Positions 1 through 11,647 of a stretch of 64,000 nucleotides of DNA are shown in pieces. The notes beneath the pieces were generated by a model that searched no databases, was not told where the DNA came from, and saw only the letters and a program-made list of their open reading frames with translations. The stretch's first letter is position 1. Every line of letters begins with the position of its first letter. This stretch comes from Anthoceros angustus (lineage: Eukaryota; Plantae; Anthocerotophyta), in contig VJWM01000187.1 in assembly GCA_010909165.1 (NCBI GenBank), positions 186,001 to 250,000 of the forward strand, given 5' to 3'. A program made the position numbers and the translations under genes.

Positions 1-549
1 GCCTGCCATTAGATCCAACTTGGTGAAATACTTAGCACCTCTCAATCTGTCAAACAAGTCATCCATCCTTGGTAAAGGATAAGAATTCTTCACTGTTATC
101 TGATTGAGTGCTCTGTAATCCAAGCATAACCTCAATCCTCCATTCTTCTTGCGGGTGAACAACACTGGCGCACCAAATGGGGACTTTGAGATTCTTGCAA
201 TTCACCTATGTGTTGCAGCATTCCTTTAGCTTGTTTCACTCTACATAGCTCAGATGTACTAGCCCATGTCAAACCAAGCTTGCTTGCCTTGCTAGGAGAA
301 GTGAAATTATGTGTTGCTGCTAAGTCAAGAAACATCCTCGCTTCTGCTCGATTTAGACATCCATGTATGTACATGAGCTCTCCACCCGCCCTCCGAATAG
401 TGCTGTCCTCAGCACTCTAAGACTCACCACATGCAGCCTTCGCAACATGTGGCCGATCCCGTCATTTCGGATCCTTGGATCCGGCCACTTCCGTAATCCT
501 GAGTCTTCGGGGCTGTGGATCTCCTTCTGCTACGTTGAGAGTCTCTGTC

Positions 550-1656
550 AAAGATTCGGGCATTCATTTGCATAATGTCCCGGCTCTCCACATGAGTAGC
601 ATACTCCTTTTCAAGAACCCATACTGTTGTTCTCTGAGCTCTCAAGGCTCCTCGATTTCTTCCGCGGAAATTTCCTGTTGAATTGCCTCTTGCAATTCCA
701 TTTCCGCCAGTGTCCTTAGCAGCTCCTTTGCTGGCACTACTAGAGCTTCCTCTAGTCCGGCATACCACCATTACCAAATGTTCTGGAGGAGTTGAATGTA
801 CTAGAATGAAAAGTATCTGGAATGGCATCTGCTGTTGTAATGGCCTCTGCCAACGTAGTTGGACTACGCAACTCAATTTTGTTAGCAGCCCAATCCTTCA
901 AACCAGCCATGAAGCGATGCGGTTTGTCATCTTCACTCATGGTAGTGCAAAGGCATGATGACTTCATCAAGGTACTTACATAATCTCGTGACAAGACTGC
1001 TTGATATTGTCAAGCTGCTGTCTACTTAGACGTGAAGCATTCGCAGGTTGGAACTGCTTCTTGAGGGCTTCTTTGAAGGATGCCCAGTCTGTGATGGTAT
1101 GTGCTCGGTTACCCTGGGCAACATTAGCACCATAACTCCGCCACCAGACCAATGCATAGCCCTTTAAGAAATTGGCAACAGTACCTAAGTAGTACTCCGG
1201 CTCAACACCAGATGAGGCGAGATAAGTGTCAATAGAATAGATCCAAGAATCAATGACTTGCAGACCTCTTTCTCCCTCATACTTATCTGGTAGGGCTAAC
1301 TTCATGCTCGATTTTGGAGCCACTTTAAAGATGCCTGCTGAATTCGCCGGAAAGATTTCTTGTTGATCTTCTGCATCTTCGCCTTGTTGAGCTGTAGGCT
1401 CTGGATTCTTCTTTGTCTTCTTCCTTGAAGTCATTACATCGTCCAAGACACCTGGAAGAACTTGATAAAGTACTTCCACCATCCGTTTCTTCCAGTCCTC
1501 TGACTTCTCTCCAGATGGGCCTGCTGTGCTCTCAGGTGGCGCTCTCACTTCCTCTTGTTCTGACGATGATGAATCTTCAGGCGGTTGAGGCGGATGATCG
1601 GCGGAGGCTGCGCTTCTTGACCTCTCCTTACGCTTCTCATTGACCATCTTGTGCAC
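550..1656 (-). pseudogene. gag: Frameshifted retrotransposon gag (capsid and CCHC zinc knuckle)
   Basis: ORF 976-1656 has LPDKYEG, FLKGYALVWW and TITDWASFKEALKKQF. It continues in another frame (752-994, RFMAGLKDW...PTTLAEAI) and ends in a zinc knuckle. Confidence 0.88.
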
Positions 1657-1684
1657 TCTCTAGTCACTCGGAGGAATGGACTAT

Positions 1685-1696
1685 GCTCTGATACCA
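1685..1696 (-). promoter_or_regulatory. Primer-binding site for tRNA-iMet
   Basis: Minus strand TGGTATCAGAGC, 4 nt from the inferred LTR end and 29 nt upstream of the gag ORF. Confidence 0.93.
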
Positions 1697-1700
1697 CTAA

Positions 1701-2120
1701 AGTAACACCCCTCACTGCGCTGCTCTTTATTGCAAGAATACAACAATGGAATCGCTATCTCGCCTAAGCGCTCTGATTCCATGACAAGCTCACTAGCTAG
1801 CTCTCCACGCTCTCTCTCAACACAAGGCTTACAGCGCACACTTGCTCGCTCTCTCAAAGAGTGAGTCCCACTTGTTCCTCAAAGCCCTTGCTCTAGCCCT
1901 TATATATCCCGCACTTGACCTCAACTAGGCTATTAAATCTAGGGATTCTTATAGACCCGATCACTAAGAGTCCTCTCTAGGCAGCTCTTCATTTGTGGCT
2001 GTAGCAATTCCTCTCTAACAAGAGATTGCATGAAGCATGCAACACATGCATCTTCTTAATAGGGCAGCTACTAACTTAGCTTTTTATCTTTTTTAACTTT
2101 ATTTCACCAGTATCGTTACT
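1701..2120 (-). repeat. 5' LTR (~420 bp) of the gypsy element
   Basis: Abuts the PBS. Terminal inverted AGTAAC (1701-1706) / GTTACT (2115-2120). Minus-strand TATA-like GGGATATATAAGGG at ~1897-1910. The outer boundary is uncertain (alternative GTTACA at 2421-2426). Confidence 0.65.
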
Positions 2121-3377
2121 ATACCACTCTTGTTATAGCGATTTTCATCTTGGAATATACTCAGCTTTTGGATCTTAAAATAAATCTTTTTATTTTATTA
2201 TATTAAATTATTATTTCCCAAAATATTTTCACCTTGAGGAACCTTTGATCCCTACCATTAGGACTGAGCTTTGTTTATAACTATCAAATAATTGACGTTA
2301 TATAGAGTCTTCTATATTTTGATGATAAAGATGTATAATAAAAGATGTATGAGGCTATATTAATCTTTGATATATATAATATTAAAATATATATTATATG
2401 TATAGATAATCATTGTTCTTGTTACACTCTTTTGTTAACCTTCTTTCTATTCTTCTATGATATGAGGTTCAACTTCTTCCATGTGTCCTCTCCTCAATGT
2501 GGTAGATGGACAATATAGTAGGTATATTATTCTATAGATATGCATGAAAAACTACAATGGTATATACTAAAATTTTGGTTCATTTCCCTCTATACTTATT
2601 TCAAAACTTTTGTGGTTCTTATCCTTCCACGCACTTTATAAACACAGTCTAAAAAATAAGATTAGGACAATAAATGTTTGTTTCAATGTGATTTGTTTTA
2701 TTTTAATATATATGCTCCAAGCATTTTGATTTTTTATATCATTGAATATTATGTGGTCGGTGGTTTCTATTATCTTATTTAATTAGAGATTTTTATGAAG
2801 ATAATTTTATATTATGCCCTAGAAAGCTTCTAGATAGACTAGTACATTGATCTCTTGGCAATTGATTGTCTTTATCACATTGACTTTGCTATGTCATTGA
2901 GTGCTTACGAAGTTTGTTCAACTTCTAAAATATATTCTAATATACATTTATACTTTTGATATGATAATTATAATTAATAAACTATAAATTATTGTATTAA
3001 AATTGATAATATATAAATATATTATATCAAATATATAAATGATATCTGTCCCAACATTGAAATGTGGAAGATTAGCTCATGACATGTCAAACTAATGACT
3101 TGTCTCTTTCCCTGGCAAAGGTATGTGACATCTCCTTACATCATCATCTAAAACACAAAAATTGAGGATACTACATATGTTGTCATGTATAAATAGATCA
3201 TCAAAAGGACATTGTGCATCTCAATAGAAAGTTAAGGTTTACTTAATATAAGTTGAAGTTCAAATATTAATGTGCATTGTATCCTTGATGTGTTTCGCTA
3301 GATAGTTGCTACAGCAAGTCTTATACAAACTTGGCGCTACAAATAGGTGCTTAATGAACTTTACTTCTTAATAGCCT

Positions 3378-3612
3378 GACTTATGGTTTTATCTCTTGCT
3401 GCTTATGGTTTAATGTCTTGTTACTTATGGTTTAATTTCATGTGGCTTATAGTTAATATGTTATTACTTATTATTTTATCTCATGTATCTCTGGTTTAAA
3501 GTCTTGCTATTTATGGTTTAATTTCATGTGGCTTATAGTTAATATTTTATTACTTATTATTTTATCTCATGTATCTCTGGTTTAAAATCTTGTTACTTAT
3601 AGTTTAATGTCA
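3378..3612. repeat. AT-rich tandem repeat: two near-identical 86-bp units built from ~21-bp subunits (TTATGGTTTAAT...)
   Basis: TTATGGTTTAATTTCATGTGGCTTATAGTTAATAT occurs at 3425 and 3511. Confidence 0.8.
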
Positions 3613-3659
3613 TATTACAGGTTTGAATTCTTTGTGGCTTTTACGGGACAAGGGAAATA

Positions 3660-5005
3660 ATGAGAAATTCACTATCCAAAGTTTTAGTTTGGGTCTTACT
3701 TTCTCATATCCATGTGAGTATCCTTTTTTATTTTTTAAGTTAAGTCTTGGTATATATTGAATACAAAACAACCGAGCATTGTCATTAGATTCATATCATC
3801 TTTCTCATTTATGATTCAAATTGCAGTTCTATAATACTTCAGCTTCAAGAGAATTAAAACAAGCCAACAAACAAAGCAAAGAGAACCAATTAGATGGAGA
3901 GAAAGATGCGGCTGTGTGGAACAATTATGCTCGAGCACATGCACTTAGTTATTGGGATAAATCTCTTTCAAATGCCATCATGCCACAAAGGATTTTGAGT
4001 AAAATATCGCCTCTTACAACATATGATATTAATAAGTTCAATGTTTCGATTAAGAACAATGCATTTCTATCAAACAAAACATCAGCATTGGATTTTTGTT
4101 CTGCTGCGGGTATCATATGTAGTGATCTTAATTCCTTTTATAGTCTACATCCTGCATCTTTGTATGATGATCTCATCGTTGCAGGGCGGTATAGTTATCG
4201 CTATGACAATTCGCTCGGCTCAATATCATTCCCAGCAGCGCTTAGAACATTTCCAGCAGCTAATATTCTAGAAGATAGCAAGACTTCAACATCTTCTTGG
4301 TTTTCGGAGTCAACTTTACTATCGAAATTGGGTACAAAGAATGCATTCTACGTACAAGCCAAATTGTTCACAGCTAGAACATCATCCTCACTCTATCGGA
4401 ACTTTCTTCCTTCACAGCTGGTCCAAGCTTTGGGCGATATATCCGAACAAAATCTACCAAACATTATGAAGCAACTTCATATATCTACCGACTCATCTAT
4501 GGCTCAAGTCATGCATGCCACCGGCTCGTTTTGTGATCAGTTGGATAAAACTTTTGCAGAAGATGGTGTTCAACGAACTTGCGTAAAATCTATTGAAGAG
4601 TTAAGTGACTTCTTAAGTTCAACACTTTCAGGTAAAGTGAAATCTATTAAGAAGACAACATTTCCTGTTGTGGATGGGGAGGATGATCGATTCTTCAAAG
4701 TTCTTAAAGTTAAAACAGAAGTTGATGCAATATCAAAATGTGTGACATGTCATACATTGATTTTTCCATATCAGATTTACTTATGTCATTCATTTAGCAA
4801 TACCCAAATATATTCGGCCGAAATGGAGTCCAATACTCAAAAAGGAGTCCATGTGACCGCATTAGCAATATGTCATACTAATACGACAAATTGGAGGCCG
4901 GATCATCCTGCTTTTAAAGCATTAAAAAGCAAACCGGGAGACTCCATTGTGCCATGTCACTTCTTGATGAGCAATGGTTTAGCTTTCACACTGGATGGTA
5001 AATGA
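3660..5005 (+). CDS. Secreted BURP-domain protein (polygalacturonase-1 beta-subunit-like); exons 3660-3713 and 3827-5005
   Basis: C-terminal BURP Cys-His motifs (VTCHTLIFPYQIYLCH...AICHTNTTNWRPDHPAF...VPCHFL). A short exon MRNSLSKVLVWVLLSHIH is joined by a phase-0 GT..AG intron (3714-3826) and gives a signal-peptide-like N-terminus. Confidence 0.88.
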
Positions 5006-6734
5006 TAATATACATATTTTGTATTATTTGTAATCTATTATAATAATACTTAAACTCTGGTTTTTTAGTTAGCATTACCTAGAATACAACAATGAAATAG
5101 AAAGAGAATTGTAAAAAATAATTTCGGAGATATGTATTTTTAATGGAACTCAATACTTATTGTCTTGAAAATTCCGCATAATTAATCAAACACTCCCAAG
5201 TTCCAAAGTTCCAACAGAGGACACCACGAGACAGAGACAGGTAGACTCCTCCATAGGAGACAGGTCTGAAGGTAAGGAACGTTTCAGCTCAGATTTGAGG
5301 CTGTATGGATTGGATGATGTCCGGCGGCTCGGTTCACTCGTCATGTGACTCGCCTGGTTGATGAGATTGGAGGCGGAAGGTTGCAGAGGTATTGATAAGG
5401 GAGGCGCACAATTTTGTGAGGGAATGACAACGGGTGTGGAAGCCGTCTGCCCTAGCCCTGCGATCTCTTATGCGGTGTCTGGCACTGGTGGCAATGGCAC
5501 CGCAATCGATCCCAGTACGTCAAGTGCTGCGAGGAACAGACAGAGGTTCCTAATCTTGTCTGCTGCTGCTGAAACTGGAGGCTTGCGATCCGTCACAATG
5601 TTTCAGGGGCTGGTGGCACTGCAGCACCGACCTTAGCTAGCTCAGATAACTCTCTGATGAGATTGAGGTGGCTGATCTTGTGCGCTGGACCTCAAACTAC
5701 ATGCAAGGAAAGAACCAGAGCGCGGAGGTTCTCAGATCCCTTACGCTGATCTTGTTCGTTGCTGCTGAAACTGGAGAAAAGGAAAGAACCAGAGCGGGCG
5801 AGCATCTATCAATCTGTTCCTTGGCCCTTGTTGATTTTCTGGTATGTTATGTTGGGAAAGCCGATCGATGTCCCCTGTGCGTCGAAAGGTTTCCATCTCG
5901 GAGGAGTTGTGGAACTGAGATTTTTCTTTGTTTGCAGAGAGAGCTGCCTGCGAATGATCTAGAGGAGGTCCTAGTGCAAGTGATCCGCGGCCTTGGTTGT
6001 GTTGTTCCGCGCGCACCAAGGCAGGCTTGCGTCTTAGATGTGCTGTGGCCACGAGTACTGGTGAGCAGCTGCGAATCAACGTAAGGCTGATGACACGATG
6101 TTCGCTTACCTTCCCAGCCTTTAACAGTAACTATTAACAAGTTTGTTCACCCTCTAACTCACGAATATGGCAACTATGTGGCTCTTATTACACAAAGAAG
6201 AATAAATTAATTTAAAATATTTATATTTAACTATAGTAGGAATCCTCATTTCACTTGAGCTGTGAGTCCGATTTTCCATTGAAGATTTCTTGCATCATCT
6301 AATGCGCACAAATCTAAAGTGATAGTTTATCACTATCGTGGATTGGCACAATATGCAGTTTTAAGAGCTTTGAGGTCTTTTGCATAGAGCCAAGTTCAAG
6401 TGAGACATTAGATCAAATGTGCAGCTAGTAATCCGTGGCTAGAGAACGCTCATTCTGGACATCTCTTTACTTTAAGTTAATTGAGCCGCTTACAAAAGTA
6501 TAATATCCTTTCTACCCTGGAGACTGCAAAGACACTGCAACGAGACTGCAAAGAGTCATTATTATACAAAGGTTAACTTGTTTAATTCCTCTAAACTTAG
6601 TTTAAGTTCAAAGAAAGTTCAGTTTTAAATAATTAATTAGTTTTCAGTTTATTTTAATTTGAGATCTATCCAATTATACCATGATATGTTTAATTATAAA
6701 TAACTGTCATTTTTGCACAAGACACAAAATCGTG

Positions 6735-7046
6735 TGAGAATCGTACTTTTAAAGTTTTGAGGTTTTTTTGTAGGGTTCCATAAATGCAAATATTTTTTTA
6801 TGTTAGAATAATAGAAGAGGAGTATATGTGATTTTATCGATATTAATAGACTTGTACAATTTCAGTTTCATATAACTTCAGCTATTCGAGGTTTTGAATA
6901 ATTTAACAAACGTAACCGAGATTATCAACTTAATGAGGAGAAAAATATGACATTATGGATCAACTATGCTGTCTTTAACCAAGGTTACCATTGTTCAAAT
7001 GATTTTAAGTAAAATGTCGTCTCTAACTACATACGATATTAATGAA
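6735..7046 (+). pseudogene. Decayed, truncated paralog of the BURP gene (5' part only)
   Basis: After a ttcag acceptor at 6865 it reads FHITSAIRGFE*FNKRNRDYQLNEEKNMTLWINYA, versus FYNTSASRELKQANKQSKENQLDGEKDAAVWNNYA in the gene. GATTTTAAGTAAAATGTCGTCTCTAACTACATACGATATTAAT matches 3990-4032. It has an in-frame stop and a deletion. Confidence 0.78.
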
Positions 7047-8209
7047 TATTGTATTTCTGAGCATTCTTGTAAGCTCTTAGTTTATAATTTAACTTAGATC
7101 TTTTCTCTCTAAGTTAGATTTTTAACTCTCAAATATTGCTTTTTAACCATGTTGTGAGCCTTTCTCACTTATTGAGTATTTTTGTAAGCTCTTAATATAT
7201 AGTCCAACTGCGACCCTTTCTATCTCCAACCTTGCCCTTTTAGCTCTCCTCCGGTTCGCGAAAACCTTGGACCTTCTTGTTAGCGAAAGTTTTGTGCTCA
7301 CTACCAACTCAAAGAACGTCACTGTAAATGAAAGGCTGTGATCGACAGTCTTGATAACCAAGGAATGAAAGCCAGATCAGAATGATTACACAGGTTTATT
7401 CGAGCGCAAATGAGAGGTCAAAAAATGCTGTACATGCGGACTGCTAAAGACCTCAGAATCCAGTCTCTCGCTAAATTATACAGATCTCAACGGACCAGCT
7501 GCACTACCGGGAAGTAGAATGTCTACGCCCAAAGCCTTTTGACTGGGTAGTGAATGTTCGCAGCGGACTCCCTACCTAATTCTTTAAATTTCAACTCCAA
7601 AGCCATACATTGATCTGCTTTCTAACCCATCCCCAGTCCTGACACTTGGTGCCAAAAAACACGACGCCACAAAACCACCCAACAGCAACCAACCTCAGCC
7701 TCGAAGGGTACTCTGTCAATTCTGTGTCCAATCGGCCCTGAACATTGTCCCTATCCACTCTTGATAACTCGGCAAACAGCTTTACAGAACTCTTCTCCGC
7801 AGATCAAGAGTGATGACATTACCCTGACAGATGGACACAAAGCAGTACGAGAGTTAATGCTTTGGACAAGCAGACACCAGTGATGAGAGAATCGCTTTAC
7901 ACTTCCACAACTGGCAAGAACAAGGCTGAACAGCTGTCTTTCGAGTGGAAAATAGATATCAAACATCGAGGAGAAGTCTCCCTGGTGGACACATACCTCG
8001 ATAGTGTGTTGAAATAACAAGTCGCACAACCCACTCCAGCCACCGATAATGCCCAGCACCATCCATGCGCAACTAGAACATAGCCACTTTCGTCTTACGG
8101 ATCTCATGCCAGAGTCTCATGTGAAAGCTCCATCCCTCCTATTACAAAATAGGCATAAGAGAAAGCCAATTCTCTTTGAAGGCCTAAGGGCAGGCATGAT
8201 AGCTGTTGT

Positions 8210-11200
8210 CTATGAGAAGTCTATCAAATCAGGAAGGTTTGGTGGCACCACTGGCTTTCTGACATTATCTGCCCTAGTAGTGGGGTGTGCAACAGGTCCC
8301 CGAACATCTCTAGAACTGAATGAACCATGTTTCTGGGAATCTGTGGGTGGGGTTAGCATGTCGGACATTAGGTCAGGAGGGATGGAAGCCCGCTGAGTGG
8401 GACCCTGTATACTGTTAAATCTAGGGCTAGGCATTACTTCTGGACGACTGGATAACAGATTAGGCACACTCTGAGACGCGCATCTTACCTCTCCATTGGC
8501 AGATACGTGAGCAAAGGTTGACCTTCTGGAACTTCTTGCATGAGGTGGTGTTTGAGGAAGTGCAGAACTAATAGGAGTACCCGACAATATATCAGGATAA
8601 GCTTGAAACACTGAAGGCATTCGGTTACCATGAGAGCTACGCGCATGGGCTGTTGGAGCTTTGGCTTGCGCTACATTTTGGGCGATACTAATCCGGTGCC
8701 GTGTTGAGTTGGTAGATAGTACACCTTGAAAACTGATGACAAGCATGACAGACTTGTCGTTTCTTTTGATAACCTGCGGTTGTGGCTGAGCAACCTCCAC
8801 ATTCTCCATTGTTATGGAACTCAAACTCGCTGACCGCAACGTAATGCTGATACTCTGGTTTGGGGGAATGACGCCAGAAGCTGGCTTAACTTGCAGCCAC
8901 TGGGGGAATCCATAGCCACCTCTTGTGGCAAACTTTCCTACGGACCCATTCTCCTGATCAGCAGGAGCAGCATCACCCTGACAGCATATGATAAACCGCA
9001 CCGGATGACGGGCACTGAGGTTCTTGATCTCAAACACTCCTGATCCATTGTTGTCTTCCAGGAAAACTTCTGTTGCACTTACACTTGTCTCTGGAACTTT
9101 GTTGCAACCTTGAAGCCATTCGAGGATTTTCACATTCGTGCGCAGCAAATCTCCATGTTCATACCTTCGCTTTGCTTCATCTATCACAGAAATGTCCAGG
9201 CTCAGCATACATCGCAGCGGTTTGTGATCACTGTTCACAACGTCCATGCTTGCCTCGTACGATAAAACCGTTGCCTTTGCTGGGTGACTTAGGCTAACTC
9301 CAGCGGCGGGGTTACTTCCATCGAAGCTGTCTCGAAACAAGACTCGATCACAATAGGCAGGGACTCTCCGCTTTTCACTGGAGTCATAACCAAAAGAAGG
9401 TGAGCTCCTAAGGGGAACGCCTTTATCGAACTTGTAGGTGGGTGGAAAGTTGATCTGTCCTTCTCTCAGACCTTGAAACACACGACCGGCAATCATCTCT
9501 GTTCTCAACTGGTCTCTTCGAAGAAGTCCTTCCCAATCCTTTTGTGCGATGACAGCCAAGGCATGTTCATATGAGACATTGTCAAGACGATAATTGAAAT
9601 CTCCAAGCCATAGAAGAAAGTCAGCTTCTGATAATGCTGGGACCGTAACTCTTTCAACTGGATCCGTAATGGAAGGCCCAAATGTCATACGTGAGTACAC
9701 ATGTTCGAAGTCAGCATTCCGCCGGGCCAGAGCTTCTGCATGTGCAGCAAAATGGCTGTTGACAGCACAAAACATTCTTCGGAACACAGTCATCTTCAGA
9801 GCCACTGCTCCTTTGTTACCAAGTGCCCTTCCAAAGCCACAGGCAACAGCAGCTGCCTCCACATCCCCCACATAACGAGCAAAGCTCTTTCTGACCCAGA
9901 CCCCAATCAGTATCCCAGCCAGCTGCCGAGTTCCTAGAAGCTCGAACCCATCACTCCCTTGACCCAATACACCGCTTACACTGTCCAGCCACCATTGGCC
10001 ATTTGCACTACTGCCCTTCTCCCCAAGTCCAACCTCCTTCGCTGCAGCCAAGGCAAGTGCACCTGCACCGACTTCCATCTCTTGAAGCCCCACGGCCACA
10101 AGACTAGCTGCTGCTGCTGGAATCGCAACCCATGACTGCAACGTCTGAAGGGAGGGCCGCTCTTGACCCACGTTCCACGTGCAACCGAGCACTTGGATAC
10201 GCTGAGGTGTCGTGTACTTAGGCGCTCGCGCCACCAACTCTGTCTGTATCACCGCATCAAGCGAGCCTGGCAGACCTGCATTCCAGCCGCGAATGGTGCC
10301 CGCTGCTGCCAAACTGAACACATAAAAACCCGATGCTGCCATTTGCAAGACACCAGATCTATGAGCAAGCCATCCAGATACTAGCTGACACGTCTCACAG
10401 GTCAAGACGTGAATTCTCCCGTCTGCAAAGCCCACCCAAAGTCGTGTTCCCACTATGCAGAGGCATCTCACAGCTGACATGCCCCGGTACTCCAGCCTTC
10501 TGGCCCCACTTCTGTCCCACTGAAGGACCATACCGTTGCCGTACCCAACCCAAATGGAACCATCCAAGGCTGCAGCCAGTGCTTCAACCCTCCTGCCGCT
10601 ATCACCTCCTTGCACAGCTATAGCCACCTTCCGCACCGCATCAGCAGCACCCAGCACGGCATTCCTGGACCTCTGTAACCATCCTCCCTGGTTTTTTTCT
10701 TTCTGGGACACAACCGCATAGCTGGTGCTGGTCTGTGCATCATTTTCCCACAACCCCTCCCGCGGAGTCCCAACAAACTCAGCATTCTGCCCTTCAGGAT
10801 TCGCCGACAACTCAATAATCTTCCATATATCCCTCGTCCTGGCATCCCAGACAACAGCCACGGTAGGTCCCACACTCCACACCCGCCCGTTAGCATGCTC
10901 CACAACCAGAAACCTGGGATCATTAATCACCATATTGCTCCCGGCACAGGCAGCCATCACCCGAGGCTTCAGCTCAATATAAGACCTGGACATGACTGTT
11001 CCAGCTGCCGACGAAGTCCCATCTGCAGCCACAGACGACAATGCCTTGGCCAGAGCCTCAAACGGCCACACCCTCAACGAAGAATTCTGCGACAAGGTCC
11101 ACAGCTCTCCATACGACGTCACAGCAACAGCCAGCACCGCACTGGGATGTGCCTCCCACATAAACATGGACGTCTTAATAGCAGGAGTCCTGTCATTGGA

Positions 11201-11647
11201 GCAGTTGAAGTTGGTGGACCACGACCTAACCATGCCATCCTTATGCCCACTCCACACAATCTTGTTCGCCACATCCACAGCCAGACACAAAGTACTAGAC
11301 CCATGCACCGGCAGCACAGTAAACGCAGCTGCATCCTCCTCCCCCACCGTATACTGGCTGGTCTCGCTCACACTCCCCCTCAAACACTCTGCCACATCCC
11401 ACACCCATATCCCATGATCCAAACCCGCCCACACAGCAGAATCCGTGGCCAGCAACGCACTCGCCCCCCGATTGAATCGAGACACCCGCAGAGGCCTGGG
11501 CCTCAGATCCACCGACACCGGCCTCCCCTCCATGGCGGCCCCCTTGGCCGGGACCTTGAACAACCCCTTCCCTCCCCCAGCCCCGATAAACTCCTCCAAC
11601 CCACCACCCGTCTCCTCCTTCCCACGATCTCTGGAGGACCGATCCAT
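8210..11647 (-). CDS. Type II inositol polyphosphate 5-phosphatase with N-terminal WD40 repeats (At5PTase12-14/FRA3 family)
   Basis: Uninterrupted ~1145-aa ORF from the ATG at 11647, with WD40-like repeats (WSGHKDG, WEAHPSAV, WLAHRSGV) and 5-phosphatase motifs TWNVGQ, GNKGAV, VNSHFAAH, WLGDFNYR, PPTYKFD, PAYCDRVL, SDHKP. A possible GT..AG intron at 11655-11728 may add upstream exons. Confidence 0.95.
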   Translation of the reverse strand: MDRSSRDRGKEETGGGLEEFIGAGGGKGLFKVPAKGAAMEGRPVSVDLRPRPLRVSRFNRGASALLATDSAVWAGLDHGIWVWDVAECLRGSVSETSQYTVGEEDAAAFTVLPVHGSSTLCLAVDVANKIVWSGHKDGMVRSWSTNFNCSNDRTPAIKTSMFMWEAHPSAVLAVAVTSYGELWTLSQNSSLRVWPFEALAKALSSVAADGTSSAAGTVMSRSYIELKPRVMAACAGSNMVINDPRFLVVEHANGRVWSVGPTVAVVWDARTRDIWKIIELSANPEGQNAEFVGTPREGLWENDAQTSTSYAVVSQKEKNQGGWLQRSRNAVLGAADAVRKVAIAVQGGDSGRRVEALAAALDGSIWVGYGNGMVLQWDRSGARRLEYRGMSAVRCLCIVGTRLWVGFADGRIHVLTCETCQLVSGWLAHRSGVLQMAASGFYVFSLAAAGTIRGWNAGLPGSLDAVIQTELVARAPKYTTPQRIQVLGCTWNVGQERPSLQTLQSWVAIPAAAASLVAVGLQEMEVGAGALALAAAKEVGLGEKGSSANGQWWLDSVSGVLGQGSDGFELLGTRQLAGILIGVWVRKSFARYVGDVEAAAVACGFGRALGNKGAVALKMTVFRRMFCAVNSHFAAHAEALARRNADFEHVYSRMTFGPSITDPVERVTVPALSEADFLLWLGDFNYRLDNVSYEHALAVIAQKDWEGLLRRDQLRTEMIAGRVFQGLREGQINFPPTYKFDKGVPLRSSPSFGYDSSEKRRVPAYCDRVLFRDSFDGSNPAAGVSLSHPAKATVLSYEASMDVVNSDHKPLRCMLSLDISVIDEAKRRYEHGDLLRTNVKILEWLQGCNKVPETSVSATEVFLEDNNGSGVFEIKNLSARHPVRFIICCQGDAAPADQENGSVGKFATRGGYGFPQWLQVKPASGVIPPNQSISITLRSASLSSITMENVEVAQPQPQVIKRNDKSVMLVISFQGVLSTNSTRHRISIAQNVAQAKAPTAHARSSHGNRMPSVFQAYPDILSGTPISSALPQTPPHARSSRRSTFAHVSANGEVRCASQSVPNLLSSRPEVMPSPRFNSIQGPTQRASIPPDLMSDMLTPPTDSQKHGSFSSRDVRGPVAHPTTRADNVRKPVVPPNLPDLIDFS

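Larger units (their letters stand above)
1..2120 (-). mobile_element. Degenerate Ty3/gypsy LTR retrotransposon, 5' part (LTR-PBS-gag-protease-RT), running off the window start
   Basis: On the minus strand, in order: LTR ~1701-2120, PBS 1685-1696, gag 976-1656 continuing by frameshift into 752-994, CCHC knuckle CYSCGEPGHYANEC at ~560-601, protease-like MFLDLAATHNF at ~310-340, then [60 protein letters not shown] at 1-200. PR followed directly by RT is the gypsy order. Confidence 0.93.

Noticed and set aside
970-1000. Programmed frameshift within gag
   Set aside because: It falls mid-capsid with no slippery heptamer, and the element has other lesions, so decay or sequence error is more likely.
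2130-3350. AT-rich stretch possibly derived from an old transposon
   Set aside because: No translatable motif or terminal repeat could be identified.
5358-6140. ORFs of 92-138 aa, one with CPLC
   Set aside because: No complete RING or other domain and no convincing splice structure. Possibly decayed TE or gene debris that I cannot assign.
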